NCBI RefSeq assembly: GCF_006345805.1
Contig: NC_043010.1
Location: forward strand, 26,660,001 to 26,724,000
DNA length: 64,000 nt
Direction of reading: 5' to 3'
Source of the DNA: Octopus sinensis
Taxonomy: Eukaryota
Below, one piece after another: positions 52,368 to 64,000 of the stretch. The translations under genes were made by a program, and so were the position numbers. Every line of letters begins with the position of its first letter. Position 1 is the stretch's first letter. The notes under the pieces were generated by a model that had not been told where the DNA came from, did no database searches, and was given only the letters and a program-made list of their open reading frames with translations.

Positions 52368-52765
52368 ATTTAGGAATAGTCATTTTGCCAGTTTAGCCAA
52401 TAAAAACACATATACTATATATTTGATGTTACTTTGCTTCAGCGTTATTTATTTTTTACATTAATCTTAATCTTATTTCAGCCAGAGTTCTTTCGTCACA
52501 CTCCTGTGACCACATCAATGGTCCTTTACTTTCTTCTTTCTTATTTGTGTGTCTCTCCTTACTAACGGTCAGCCATTTTGTATTTTGTATTCTTATTGTA
52601 TGTGTCTTCATTTACGCATGCGTATACCCCTATGTGTGTCTATGTTTAGTTAGTGTGTGTGTGTGGGGGGGGGTGAGTGCCTTTAATATTTGTATCTCCT
52701 GTTTATATACGTTCGTGTAATTTATTTTTTGGTAATTTTTATTTTGTTCATGTGTTTACACCTAC

Positions 52766-52861
<96 letters not shown>

Positions 52862-53380
52862 TTTATTTTTAATGTATATAGTTATTTACTTCCATTTGTT
52901 TATTTTTCTGTGTATTTTATTATGTTTTTAGTTTTGTTTATATTGTAACCAGTTTATGGGGATCCTCTTCTGTCATATTCTGTGGTTTGTGCTAGTGTTC
53001 CATTCCAGTTTCCTATTCAGGCTAGGTTTATCTTCTATTATGTGTGTAGCTTCCGTAATTTGTCTGATTGTTGCATCTGTTCTATGTGTGGACAAGATAT
53101 TAACTTCTATGTTGTTGATTGAGCCCTCGTGTTCCTGCTCGGCATGTTGGTACAGAACCAATGAGCTCTTTCCTTCCTTAAGTCCTCTCCAATGTTCATT
53201 TACCCGAAATAAGATTAAGATTAATGTAAAATATAAATAACGCTGAAGCAAAGTAACACCAAATATATAGTGCGTGGGTTTTTATTGGCTAAACTGGCAA
53301 AATGACCATTCCTAAATACAACAATATCTGTTTCAACACACGATTTCACATCAGAAATCTTGCAAAACAAATATATAAAC
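52361..53380 (-). mobile_element. 5'-truncated Penelope-like element (Neptune/Poseidon-like GIY-YIG end) with inverted pLTR
   Basis: Inverted repeat 52361-52479 / 53206-53322, endonuclease C-terminus, degenerate HHR at 52482-52521(-), (TA)n flanks. Confidence 0.8.
52973..53205 (-). pseudogene. GIY-YIG endonuclease C-terminal fragment
   Basis: RVNEH...SSLVLYQHAEQEH...ILSTH...RQITEATHI...PSLNRKLEW. Confidence 0.75.
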
Positions 53381-53391
53381 GTATATATATA

Positions 53392-56300
53392 CTAGCTTAA
53401 GGTGACCCACTCTACGTGTGGGTGAGGTTGTGGTTGTTACTTTCTGTTGCTTCCATTCTGTTTCTTAGCGCTACATTGTCCCTCTTTGTTTCTCTCTCCT
53501 TTCTCTTTTCCCCACTCTCTTATTCTTCCTTTCTCTCGGACTTTCCCTCACTTTCTCTTACTCTTTATCTTTCTCTATCTATCTATCTCTCTGCCATTTA
53601 TAAAAAAATTAGATTTCCGCGTTTAAATTACAAATCCGCTTCCACTTTAGCAAGTTGAAAATTTGATTGAAATCAGGCAAAAAGTATCCAATCTAGACCC
53701 CCAAAATCAATAAAATCCCAGTTTTCACACCAAAGCAACCACTGTAGCGCCAGAAAACGTCCCCCCAATCAATTTCCCCCCTCAAGTTACCCGCTCCTGT
53801 AAATTTGAATCCTCTTCCAGCCCCATTTAGACCCCTTTTTACATTAAAATCCAATTTGTGTCTACGTTTGCCTTCTTCATTTTATAGATAAGACTAGCTG
53901 AAGGTGACCCACTCTACATGTGGGTAAGAGTGTGGTTGTTACTTTTTGTTGCTTCCTTTCAACATGTAAAAAGCACCATTCGAATGTGGCCGATTGCAGC
54001 GCCGCCTTGACTGGCTTCTGTGCCGGTGGCACGTAAAAAGCCCCAACCGATCGTGGCCGCTGCCACCCCACCCTGGCATCTGTGCTGGTGGCACGAAAAA
54101 AGCACCCACTACGCTCACAGAATGGTTGGCGTTAGGAAGGGCATCCACCTGTAGAAACACTGCCAGATAAGACCGGAGCCTGGTGCAGCCTCCTGGCTTC
54201 CCAGACCCCGGTCAAACTGTCCAACCCGTGCTAGCACGGAAAACGGACGTTAAACGACGATGATGATGATGATGATTCTCCCTCTTTGTTTCTCTCTCAC
54301 CTTCCCCACTCTCTTACTCTTCTTTTCTCTCAGACTCTCCCTCGCTTTATCTTACTCTCTATCTTTATCTATCTCTCTCCCATTTATAAACAACAAAAGA
54401 TCTTGAGTAAGTTGAGAAATAAAATATTTAGAAAGATCAGTCATAAATATCAGGCAGTAACAACGGAAAGGTCTGCTTCAAGGCAGACAGCAAAACACTA
54501 ACATTTAAATGGGACAGACAAACTTGCGAGCTGAATAAAAATAATAAAATATTGGAAACCAAAGTTTGAAGGGATAGAATCTGAGGATAGTAGAGTCACC
54601 ATGGCTGGCATTTCTTAACGACGGACAGCAACGTTTTGACAGTTTAATGGCTGGCGTAAAATTTTGAACTTGATGTAAAAGAAAATCCCTAAACACCTAG
54701 TTTTGAAGTGATTCTTTCTCATGACAGTAGACTCACCATGGCAAGCATTCAAAACTTCTTCATCATGGACGGCAACACATTGACGATTAAAAGGCTGGCG
54801 CAAACTTTTTAGCTTGATGTAACAGAGAATTCCTAAACGCTCGCTCATTTAAATTTTAATCCCCTTCCAGCCCCATTTAGACCCCTTTTCACATTTTGGT
54901 TAATATAACCCGATTTCATTCGGGTTTACTGGGGCCACATTTTATAAGATGAGGAATTTTGTCCTAGAGGTCACACCTTTCATTTGAGGAAAAAAAATAG
55001 TTGTCATGCAAACTTGCCAGCACTTTTAACATAGTAGGTATGCATATTTTCAGCTCAACCAACCACATAATGCACACATTATTATATCATCATCATCATC
55101 ATCATCATCGTTTAACGTCTGTTCTCCATGCTAGCATGGGTTGGACGGTTCGACCGGGGATCTGGGAAGCCAGAAGGCTGCACCAGGCTCCGGTCTTATC
55201 TGGCAATGTTTCTACAGCTGGATGCCCTTCCTAACGCCAACCACTCCGTGAGTGTAGTGGGTGCTTTTTACATGCCACCTGCACTGGTGCCAGGCGAGGC
55301 TGGCATCGGCCACGGTCGGATTGGTGCATTTTACGTGCCACCTGCAGGGAAGCCAGTCAAGGCGGCACTGGCTTCGGCCACAATTCGGATGGTGCCTTTT
55401 ACGTGCCACCGACACGGAAGCCATATATATATATGTATATATGTGTGTGTATGTGTGTGCGTGTTGGAGTCTCTCTCATACGCGAGCATTGACGCTGAAT
55501 TCGACTGGTAACATTGTATTTGTTGAAATAGTTGTGAGCTGCTGGAGTTATTTCTCTGACGGGTAATAGGAATTTCGATATCCTCCAAGGAAACGAACTG
55601 TTGACCCAGACAATTAGAATTAATTTTAATAAAAGCATCAATTTAAGAAAAAATAATAAAGTAGTAAAAAATGAAAATTTAGCACGAAAAATTTGCAGGG
55701 TTCTAAATAAATGTTAAAATGTTATAGATACAAAGAACCTACGTTGTATTTATTGTCATGATTGTGTGTTGGTGGTGGCGATGGTAATTCTCTCTATGAA
55801 TGCAGACAGATACATAAAAGAATGCCGAAGTTATGGGAAGGTAGGAAATACAGTGAGTGAAAAAGTGCTGGGAAGAGAGGAGATAGCGAGAGTGAGTTGA
55901 GGAAGACAGATACATTAAAGAACGTGAGTGGACTTGTCAAAGTGGGTTTTTGGCCCTAGCAACGACACCTTTTAAGATAGGGATTTCTAAGGTAGCCCAC
56001 GTGCATCGTCACCTCATTTTACATGTCCCTGTAAATTTTGGAGTGAATCCGACGGGATGTAGTGGCCTTGAAAGCGATCCAAGCGGTAAAAACGCATTTC
56101 AGTTTTATATATAGAGACTAGCTGAAGGTGACCCGCTCTACGCGCGGGTAAGAGTGTGGTTGTTACTTTCTGTTGCTTCTTTTCAGCACGTAAAAAGCAC
56201 CATCCGAACGTGGCCGATTGCAGCGCCACCTTGACTGGCTTCTGTGCCGGTAGCATGTAGTAAAAAGCCCCAACCGATCATTGCCTTTGCGAGACCCCCT

Positions 56301-56853
56301 GGCACCTGTGCCGGCGGCATGAAAAAAGCACCCACTACACTCACAGAGTGGTTGGCGTTAGGAAGGGCATCCACCTGTAGAAACACTGCCAGATCAGACT
56401 GGAGCCTGGTGCAGCCTCCTGGCTTCCCAGACCCCGTAAAATTTTGAACTTGATGCAAAAGAAAATCCCTAAACACCAAGTTTTGAAGTGATTCTTTCTC
56501 ATGACAGTAGACTCACCATGGCAAGCATTCAAAACTTCTTCATCATGGACGGCAACACATTGATGATTAAAAGGCTGGCGCAAATTTTTTAGCTTGATGT
56601 AACAGAATTCCTAAACACTCGCTCATTTAAATTTTAATCCCCTTCCAGCCCCATTTAGACCCCTTTTCACATTTTGGTCAATATAACCCGATTTCATTCG
56701 GGTCTACTGGGGCCACATTTTATAAGATGAGGAATTTTGTCCTAGAGGTCACGCCTTTCATTTGAGGAAAAAAAAAGTTGTCATGCAAACTTGCTAGCAC
56801 TTTTAATATAGGTGTGCATATTTTCAGCTCAACCAACCACATAATGCATACAT

Positions 56854-56887
<34 letters not shown>

Positions 56888-57190
56888 ATATATACATATA
56901 TATATACACATTAAATATATATATGTACATATATACGCATTATATATATATGTGTGTGTGTGTATACACAGTATATATACAAATGTATAAAAATTATATA
57001 TATATATATAAATATATATATAAATACAGATATATACACTTTGTATATATACATTATATATACATATTTATATATAGAACACACACACACACACAAATAA
57101 ATTAACCTAATAAATATCTGATTCATAATATTTGTTCTCATGATTGTGTGGTGGTGATGATGATAATTCTCTCTATGAATGCAGACAGAC

Positions 57191-57229
<39 letters not shown>

Positions 57230-57543
57230 CAGTGCTGGTGAAGGCGGCAGGGGAAAGATAGATGCTGCGAAACAACGTTATAGAGAGAAAGTGAAAGGAA
57301 GGGAGGAAAGAGAGAGAGTCAGAGGAAGACAGGCAGATAAGAGAATGAGAGAAGACTTGTCAAAGTGTGCGTTTTTTGCCCTAGTAAGCACACCTTTTAA
57401 GATAGAGATTTCTTGCATCCTCACCTCATGTTACATGTCCCTGTAAATTTTGGAGTTGATCCGACGGGATCTAGTGACCTTTAACCCATTCTCAATGCCA
57501 AAACCAGACAAACTTTTTGCATTTCAGAATTATAATATAGAGA
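53392..57543 (-). mobile_element. Head-to-tail array of three non-autonomous Helitron units (53392-53893, 53894-56117, 56118-57543)
   Basis: Each unit begins on + with CTAGCT.AAGGTGACCC.CTCTAC...GGGT (3' CTAG + hairpin) and ends with TTTATA..AGA (5' TCT). Junctions read AGA|CTAG. Confidence 0.75.
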
Positions 57544-57554
57544 TACACACACAC

Positions 57555-57595
<41 letters not shown>

Positions 57596-57651
57596 CATAC
57601 TCACTCAGACACACATATATACACCCACACAAATACATATTTACATATATT

Positions 57652-58033
57652 AGGCACAGGAGTGGCTGTGTAGTAAGAAGCTTGCTTCCCAACCACATGG
57701 TTCCAGGTTTAGTCCCACTGCAGGTTTAGTCCCAAGTGGAAGACACTTGGGCAAGTGTCTTCCACTATAGCCTCAGGCCGACCAAAGCCATGTGAGTGGT
57801 TTTGGTAGACGGAAACTGAAAGAAGCCCGTCATATGTATATATACATATATATGTATGTGTGTATTTGTTATTTATGTCTGTGTTTGTCTGCCTACCACC
57901 TCACTTGACAACCGATGTTACATCACCGTCATTAGCGGTTCGGCAACAAAATTAAGTGTTGGGGTTGATTTATTCGACTAAAGGTGGTGCTCCAGCATAG
58001 CCACAGTCAAAGGACTAAAACAGGTAAAAGAAT
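57652..58033 (+). mobile_element. Family A SINE
   Basis: Consensus match, with a small internal duplication in the head. Confidence 0.8.
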
Positions 58034-59467
58034 ATATATAAACATATATATACGATAGGTTTCTTTCAGTTTCCATCTTGCAAATTCACTCACAATGCTT
58101 TGGTCGGCCTGAGACTATAGTGGAAGATACTTTCTCAAGGTGTCACACAGTGAGACTGAACCCAGAACCATGTAGTTGGGAAGAAAGCTTCTTATCGCCC
58201 TGCCACGCCTGCACCTATATATGTGTGTGTCCTTGTGAAGGTGCACGGCTCAGTGGTTAGAGCGTTGAGCTTACGATCGTGAGGTTGTGAGTTTGAATCC
58301 TGGACTGGGCTGTGTGTTGTGTTCTTGAGCAAGACACTTTATTTCACATTGCTCCAGTTCACTCAGCTGATGTCACAGGTGTCAAGCTGTATCGGCCTTT
58401 GATTTCCCTTGGATGACATCGGTGGTGTGGAGAGGGGAGACCGGTATGCATGGGCGACTGCTGGTCTTCTATAAACAGCCTTGCCCAGACTTGTGCCTGG
58501 GAGGGTAACTTTCTAGGTGCAATCCCATGGTCAGTTGTGACCAAAGGGGGTCTCAGCAGGTGTCATTGTGTCTGTGTTGCCCCACCAACACTTGACACCT
58601 GGTGTTAGCGTGTTTACATCCCCATCACTTAGTGGTTCAATAAAGCAGACCAATGGAATAAGTAGTAGGTTTAAAAAAATAAGCCCTTGGGTCAATTCGT
58701 TTAATTAAAAACCCTTCAAGGTGATGCCTTGTGTGATTACAGTCAAATGATTGAAACAAGTAAAAGATAAAAGACATATGATTTAATATACACAGTATTA
58801 AGATAGGAGGTGCTAATAGCTTCATGCTTTGGAGACACAAGTCTAGGTAGATTCTTATAAGCACACCTTGTGTCTCCAAGCAATCTACAGGCTCTGACCA
58901 CATGACCTGTTCATTTCCACAAATCAAGATGTTGGAAGAAGAGGAATCACGAGGAGAAGAAGGTAGATGCAAAATGTGGGAGGGTGAAAAGAATAGGACC
59001 CATATTCTATTTTTAGCATTTTCTTGATAAAGGGAATGCCAAAGATAGAATTTTGGTATAAAACGATCGAAAAATATTGGTAATCGAGCAGTGTTCTCAA
59101 AGCCACTCACCTGACGATGTGCAGGTACACCACTGGATCATATTTATATAGCAATACGTATAATATGTGAAACAGTAACTAACAGCAAATGCTAATGCAC
59201 AAAAACAGTTGTGATTGTGATTAAAGCCTGTTCATTCCATCTTCTTGTATTATAAATCTTTTTTTTGTGAGTGTGAATTCTAATGGATTTCCACATGTAT
59301 ATTTCAGTAAAAGTAGAACTCCTGCTGTATGTTAGCACATGGTAGCTGATGACTGTAGAACACCTTTGAAATGCATATTATAAGGTTATTGCCCAGATGA
59401 TATTAATTATATATATCTATATATGTATACATGTGTAGATGTGTGTGCATATATATGTGTGTGTCTC

Positions 59468-59539
<72 letters not shown>

Positions 59540-62200
59540 ATATAATATATATTATAATATATATATAATATATATATATATTATATATATTATATATAAT
59601 ATATATATATATATTATATATATATATATATATATTACACACATACATGTGTTACCGTGTGTGTGTGTCTGTTGATTCTTCAAGATGCTTAAATTACAGA
59701 ACTAATATATTTGTTTACAATGTAAAAAATATTTCTTTTTCTCAAAAACTCTAAATGCAACAAGTCATAAGCATATATTTATGAATCTAGAACTGACTCT
59801 TATCCATATTGCACCTTCTCTTAATTACGTTTTCATATTTTTCAAGCCAGTAATATATTATTTATTTGAACAATATTCACATACTGTGTGTACTCTCAAA
59901 ATATTAGGGTACCATATTTTCTAGCAAATCCCAAACAGAATAAACAGCCAAAAAAGGTAAGTCAAGAACAAGAAAACTTTGGAGGACCAAAAATTCCATG
60001 TAAAATGCATCAACATTTGAAAACATAATGACAATGTTTGAATGTTTACACAATATGTTATGTTGACTTGTATGCTGGAGAATACAGTATTAGATTTATT
60101 TGTATTGGAATGGTTAAATATACTCCTAGTGAGAAATTCTTCAAATTATTATCTTTAACTCTTAATTAAATACACCTTTGTTGGTTACGGTTTGGGATCT
60201 CAAAGAAATTTGAAGTGTATGTCCTTTCATATATGTATCTGTTAAAGAGTCAGCTTGTGCATGTGTCTGGGGAAGGAGAACTAAAGCCACTGTAGTTGTT
60301 GATATGATTGTGTAGCCCAGGGTCAGCACTGATAAAGAAGACCCAGTTGAATGACCAGATGTGATCCACTGGTCTGCAAAGGCCTTATTTCTCTGTTGAA
60401 TTAAGGACTATACTACACATTCTGGGAAGTTGATTGCCATTTTCGCACATTCTTTAATGTAGGTATTCTTAAAGTGGGTGGTACTGTGTCTTGGTGGGGG
60501 ACAGTGAACAGTTTTTTTATGGGTCTTGGAGACAAAGGGGATGATAGGGGGTAGCAATTGATTCCTCTGCACCATTTGTTTTGTAGTCTTTGTTTCCTAT
60601 TTAAACTTTAAAAACTATTTAACCCTTTAACATTTAAACTGGCCAAATCCTGTCCAAATATTCAAACTGTTTTATCCTCCAACTGGCCAGATCAGGCTTC
60701 TCACATATACCCTACAATGTCATTCTAAAGATATACAATCACATCTTTGAAATCTTGATGCTGAAAAATTGAAAAATTGAAAACAAAGTAAATTAAGGCA
60801 GTGCTCTAGCATCGCCGAAGTCAAATGAATGAAACAAGTAAAAGAATACACACACACACACACACACACCACTTATGCTTGTAATCAATAAAGTATAGTT
60901 TAAAAGACATTCTTGAGATTTGTAGGTATTTCCATACACTCAATTAAGACAGTCACTGCACCTGTACTTTAGATAGCGTACTGACCTGTGAATGCATATA
61001 TATGGATACGTACATATGATATATTTAATTTTGCAGAATCATAGCAAGGGGGTGTTGAGAAAGTATTAGTAATAGAATGTGAAGGTGGATAACAGATAAA
61101 AGTGTTTAAGAAGCAGTAATCTATTATATCATTTTATTTCCACAAAGTTGCAAGATGGAGTAACTAAACACTCAGACATAGCTGTTGTTACTATTGTTGT
61201 TGTTGTTGTTGTTGTTTAGCTTCAGATCAACCCTGATCAAGTAGATACATAATCAAATGAATTCAAATTGCGACCAACTCATCATTTTAGGGGATGTCCA
61301 TTCTTTGCTGATTTCTGTAACCTAGAGCCAGTGCTCTTATTTGATCTATCAGTCCAGTGGGGTAGCTTTGACTGAGGAGACACAAAATAAGATCGAAACA
61401 CCACTGTCTCAAAGTCCCTTCACATATGCTATAAATTCATATACTCTAATGGGAGGAAATGTTCTCTGATGACGAAAAATCAACAGTGCTTAGATATTTA
61501 TGTTTGAAACTGCCAGAATGAATTGAGATTGGAGAGATGAGTTATTGTTTGGATTCTCACCATTCCACGTGCAACAGATGAATTCTTATCTGTTTGGCAG
61601 ACATCACCCATCAGCTGATAACATTTATTTGGGAATTTCCATAAACAAAAGACTGCTCTCATTAAATTCATCAGTCCAATGGAATATCTTTGATTGAAGA
61701 GATATACAACAAAGTAGAAATGCTGTGGTGTCTCACAGTTTCCTTACTCTGGTGAATTGTGTTTGTTATTATCATTTATCAGCTAAAGGAAGGTGGTGTT
61801 CTCTGATGATGAAAAACAACAATCAGATATTCACGTTCAAATCTGCCCAAATGTATTAACAATAAATGGTTATGTTATTGTTTGAACTCTTACTGTTCTG
61901 CATGTACCTCATGAATTGTTAACAATATTTATTGTTTTTCTCTTTCACAAAAGAAAAGAAAAAAGATTGGGGTACTCTTTTACTTGTTTCAGTCATTTGA
62001 CTGCGGCCATGCTGGAGCACTGCCTTTAGTCGAGCAAATTGACCCCAGGACTTATTCTTTGTAAGCCTAGTACTTATCCCATCAGTCTCTTTTGCCAAAC
62101 TGCTAAGCTATGGTGATATAAACACACCACCATCAGTTGTCAAGCGATGTTGGGGGGACAAACACACACACATACATACATATATATATATATATGTGTG

Positions 62201-64000
62201 TTATGGCTGCCCCCTCGTTATCGAGTATGGCCATTGCACGAAGCTTAACTGTTACTGGTGCTGTGATTGAATGTGACTTTTTAGCCCAGCTAAAGATTTA
62301 CAATATCTTGTACAAAATTGGCAACTAAAACCTTTACTGGTAATAGCCGGCTGTAGTTGTAACTGGGCTTCATGTACCTTTGCATGTCGTTTAAGTCCTT
62401 CTGCCGAATTACACTCTCTTCCACATGCCCAACAGATATGATTAGTATGGTGTGTTACACCACCACCAGTGGCCAGGTTGTCACTCATCTGTCTCGTTTT
62501 ATGACTACAAAGATGACTCTTGAGTCCAGCTTTACTGAGGCAGGGTCTTGCACAGACATTGCATGTCAGCATCAAAGGAAGACCCTTCCCTTCTGGAAGT
62601 GTAACAGCAATGCCCTTCCTGACATCCCTCCTTACTTTCTCATGTGCAACTCGAGATTTCTCAAAAGTGGCTGTCCCCTCATGAACAATCCTTCTCTACC
62701 TGCTACGATCAATAGCTATGCCTTCCCATGTGTCAGGAGAGATGCAAGCATCTCTTAAGGAAGCCTTCGGCAAGTCCTTATACCTCTTTTGGTTTATATG
62801 GAGGTTGTTCTCCTTTAGCTAACTTTCCATAAAAGAGTTGTTTTGGCATCCTTGAATCCTTCATTCTGACCAGATGACCACTCCATCTGAGCCTTTGCTT
62901 TAACACAAGAGCTTCTATACTTTCACACCGAGAGCCTTCCAATATTTCAAGATCATTGGTGCGGTCCTTCCACTTAGTGCCATAGATCCATCTGAGGCAC
63001 ATCTGATGGAAATGTTCTAGTTGTTTAAGGTGACCCACCACTCGCAGGCATAGAGAAGAGAAGGGAGCACATATGCCTTGTACACCTTTATCTTTGTCTT
63101 TCTGCATATATCTCACCGACTCCAGAGGCGCTTTTCTAGCCTTCCGAAAGCAACACTTGCTTTCCTAATTCTATATGGAATTTCATCATCCAAATTGCTA
63201 TATCTATTAATAGTGCTTCCCAGGTAGACAAACTGATCAACTACATCAAGTCGTTTACCATACACATAGATATTTGGTACACTATACTGCTTACCAGGGG
63301 CAGGTTGATGCATGACAACAGTTTTCTTGAGATTAACTGTCAATCCTAAGGCAGTGCAAGCATCAGAGAATGCATTCAAAATGTGTTGCATATCAATCTC
63401 TGTGTGTGCTACTAGCTCACAATCATCTGCATACAAAAGGTCTCTTATGATAGAGGTAAATATCTTTGTTTTTGCAGCAAGGCGCCTGATATTAAATATG
63501 CTGCCAGAGGTTCGATAATGGACGTAAACACCGTAACTGTAGTTTCTGAATGCAATACAGAACACCATCGCGAAATATATGGAAAATAGGGTCGGTGCCA
63601 GAATATCCCCGTTTCACTCCATTTTGTATTGAAATGGGCTCTGACATTTTCCCTCTAACATTCACCCTACCATTCATGTCTTCATGAAAAGACCTAACCA
63701 AAGCAAGGAACTTTTCAGGACACCCAAGTTTCTGGAGGACTTTCCACAATGCTTTTCTATTGACGGTACCAAAGGCTTTTGTCAGATCGACAAAAACCTG
63801 ATACAAATCCAGACCCTGTTCCACACACTTTTCCTGAAGTTGTCTAGCTGAAAAGATCATATCAGCAGTGCCATGTCCCACACAAAAGCCAGATTGACTT
63901 TCTGGAAGAACACAATCTGCAATGTATTTCAGCAGACGATCCAGAAGTATCCTGCATAAAACCTTTCCAACGGCAAACAGCAATGATACTCCCCTATAAT
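62201..64000 (-). mobile_element. RTE-clade (BovB-like) LINE, 3' part, decayed; runs off the window
   Basis: RT motifs GKVLCRILLDRL..ESQSGF..DMIFSARQLQEKC..FVDLTKAF, LLYADD, FVYLGS, RLRWSGHLVRM..RMPKQLFYG. Several frameshifts. 3' end CGAGGGGGCAGCCATAA inserted in the microsatellite of a family A SINE (61976-62200). Confidence 0.9.
62252..62575 (-). CDS. C-terminal triple C2H2 zinc-finger segment of the RTE ORF
   Basis: CNVC..LKSHLCSH, CWAC..LKRHAKVH, CQFC..LKSHIQSQH. Confidence 0.8.
   Translation of the reverse strand: MMLTCNVCARPCLSKAGLKSHLCSHKTRQMSDNLATGGGVTHHTNHICWACGRECNSAEGLKRHAKVHEAQLQLQPAITSKGFSCQFCTRYCKSLAGLKSHIQSQHQ

Noticed and set aside
58637-59110. 157-aa minus-strand ORF
   Set aside because: GTG start, runs into a SINE tail, and shows no domain signature.
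59105-59190. Possible minus-strand exon ending at CAG|GTGAGT (59111)
   Set aside because: Good donor, but a weak acceptor and no recognisable peptide; needs RNA-seq.

Overview
This is AT-rich, microsatellite-dense eukaryotic DNA. The SINE and MITE repertoire, the (TA)n/(CA)n load and an RTE with C2H2 fingers look like an Octopus-type cephalopod genome, which is my inference. I found no convincing host protein-coding gene; most ORF-track entries are translations of simple repeats or SINEs. The recognisable coding remnants are all mobile: a near-intact Naiad-type Penelope-like element (RT + GIY-YIG, 16.6-20.4 kb), a 5'-truncated second PLE (52.4-53.4 kb), a decayed Helitron Rep/helicase (22.5-25.4 kb), an RTE LINE with three C2H2 fingers (62.2-64 kb), CR1 and RTE 3' fragments, and an ORF1-only CCHC retroelement (2.55-4.56 kb). 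The main unexplained signal is a set of type-I hammerhead ribozyme (HHR) folds, read by eye, in at least six unrelated sequence contexts. Most of these elements share the PLE-like architecture of an inverted copy of the 3' tail at the 5' end. They include a tRNA-headed SINE carrying an HHR (3 copies, two with TSDs) and a family of ~353-365 bp retrozyme-like monomers. Also present are head-to-tail Helitron concatemers, piggyBac/Tc1/hAT-type MITEs and a 66-bp array with higher-order structure.
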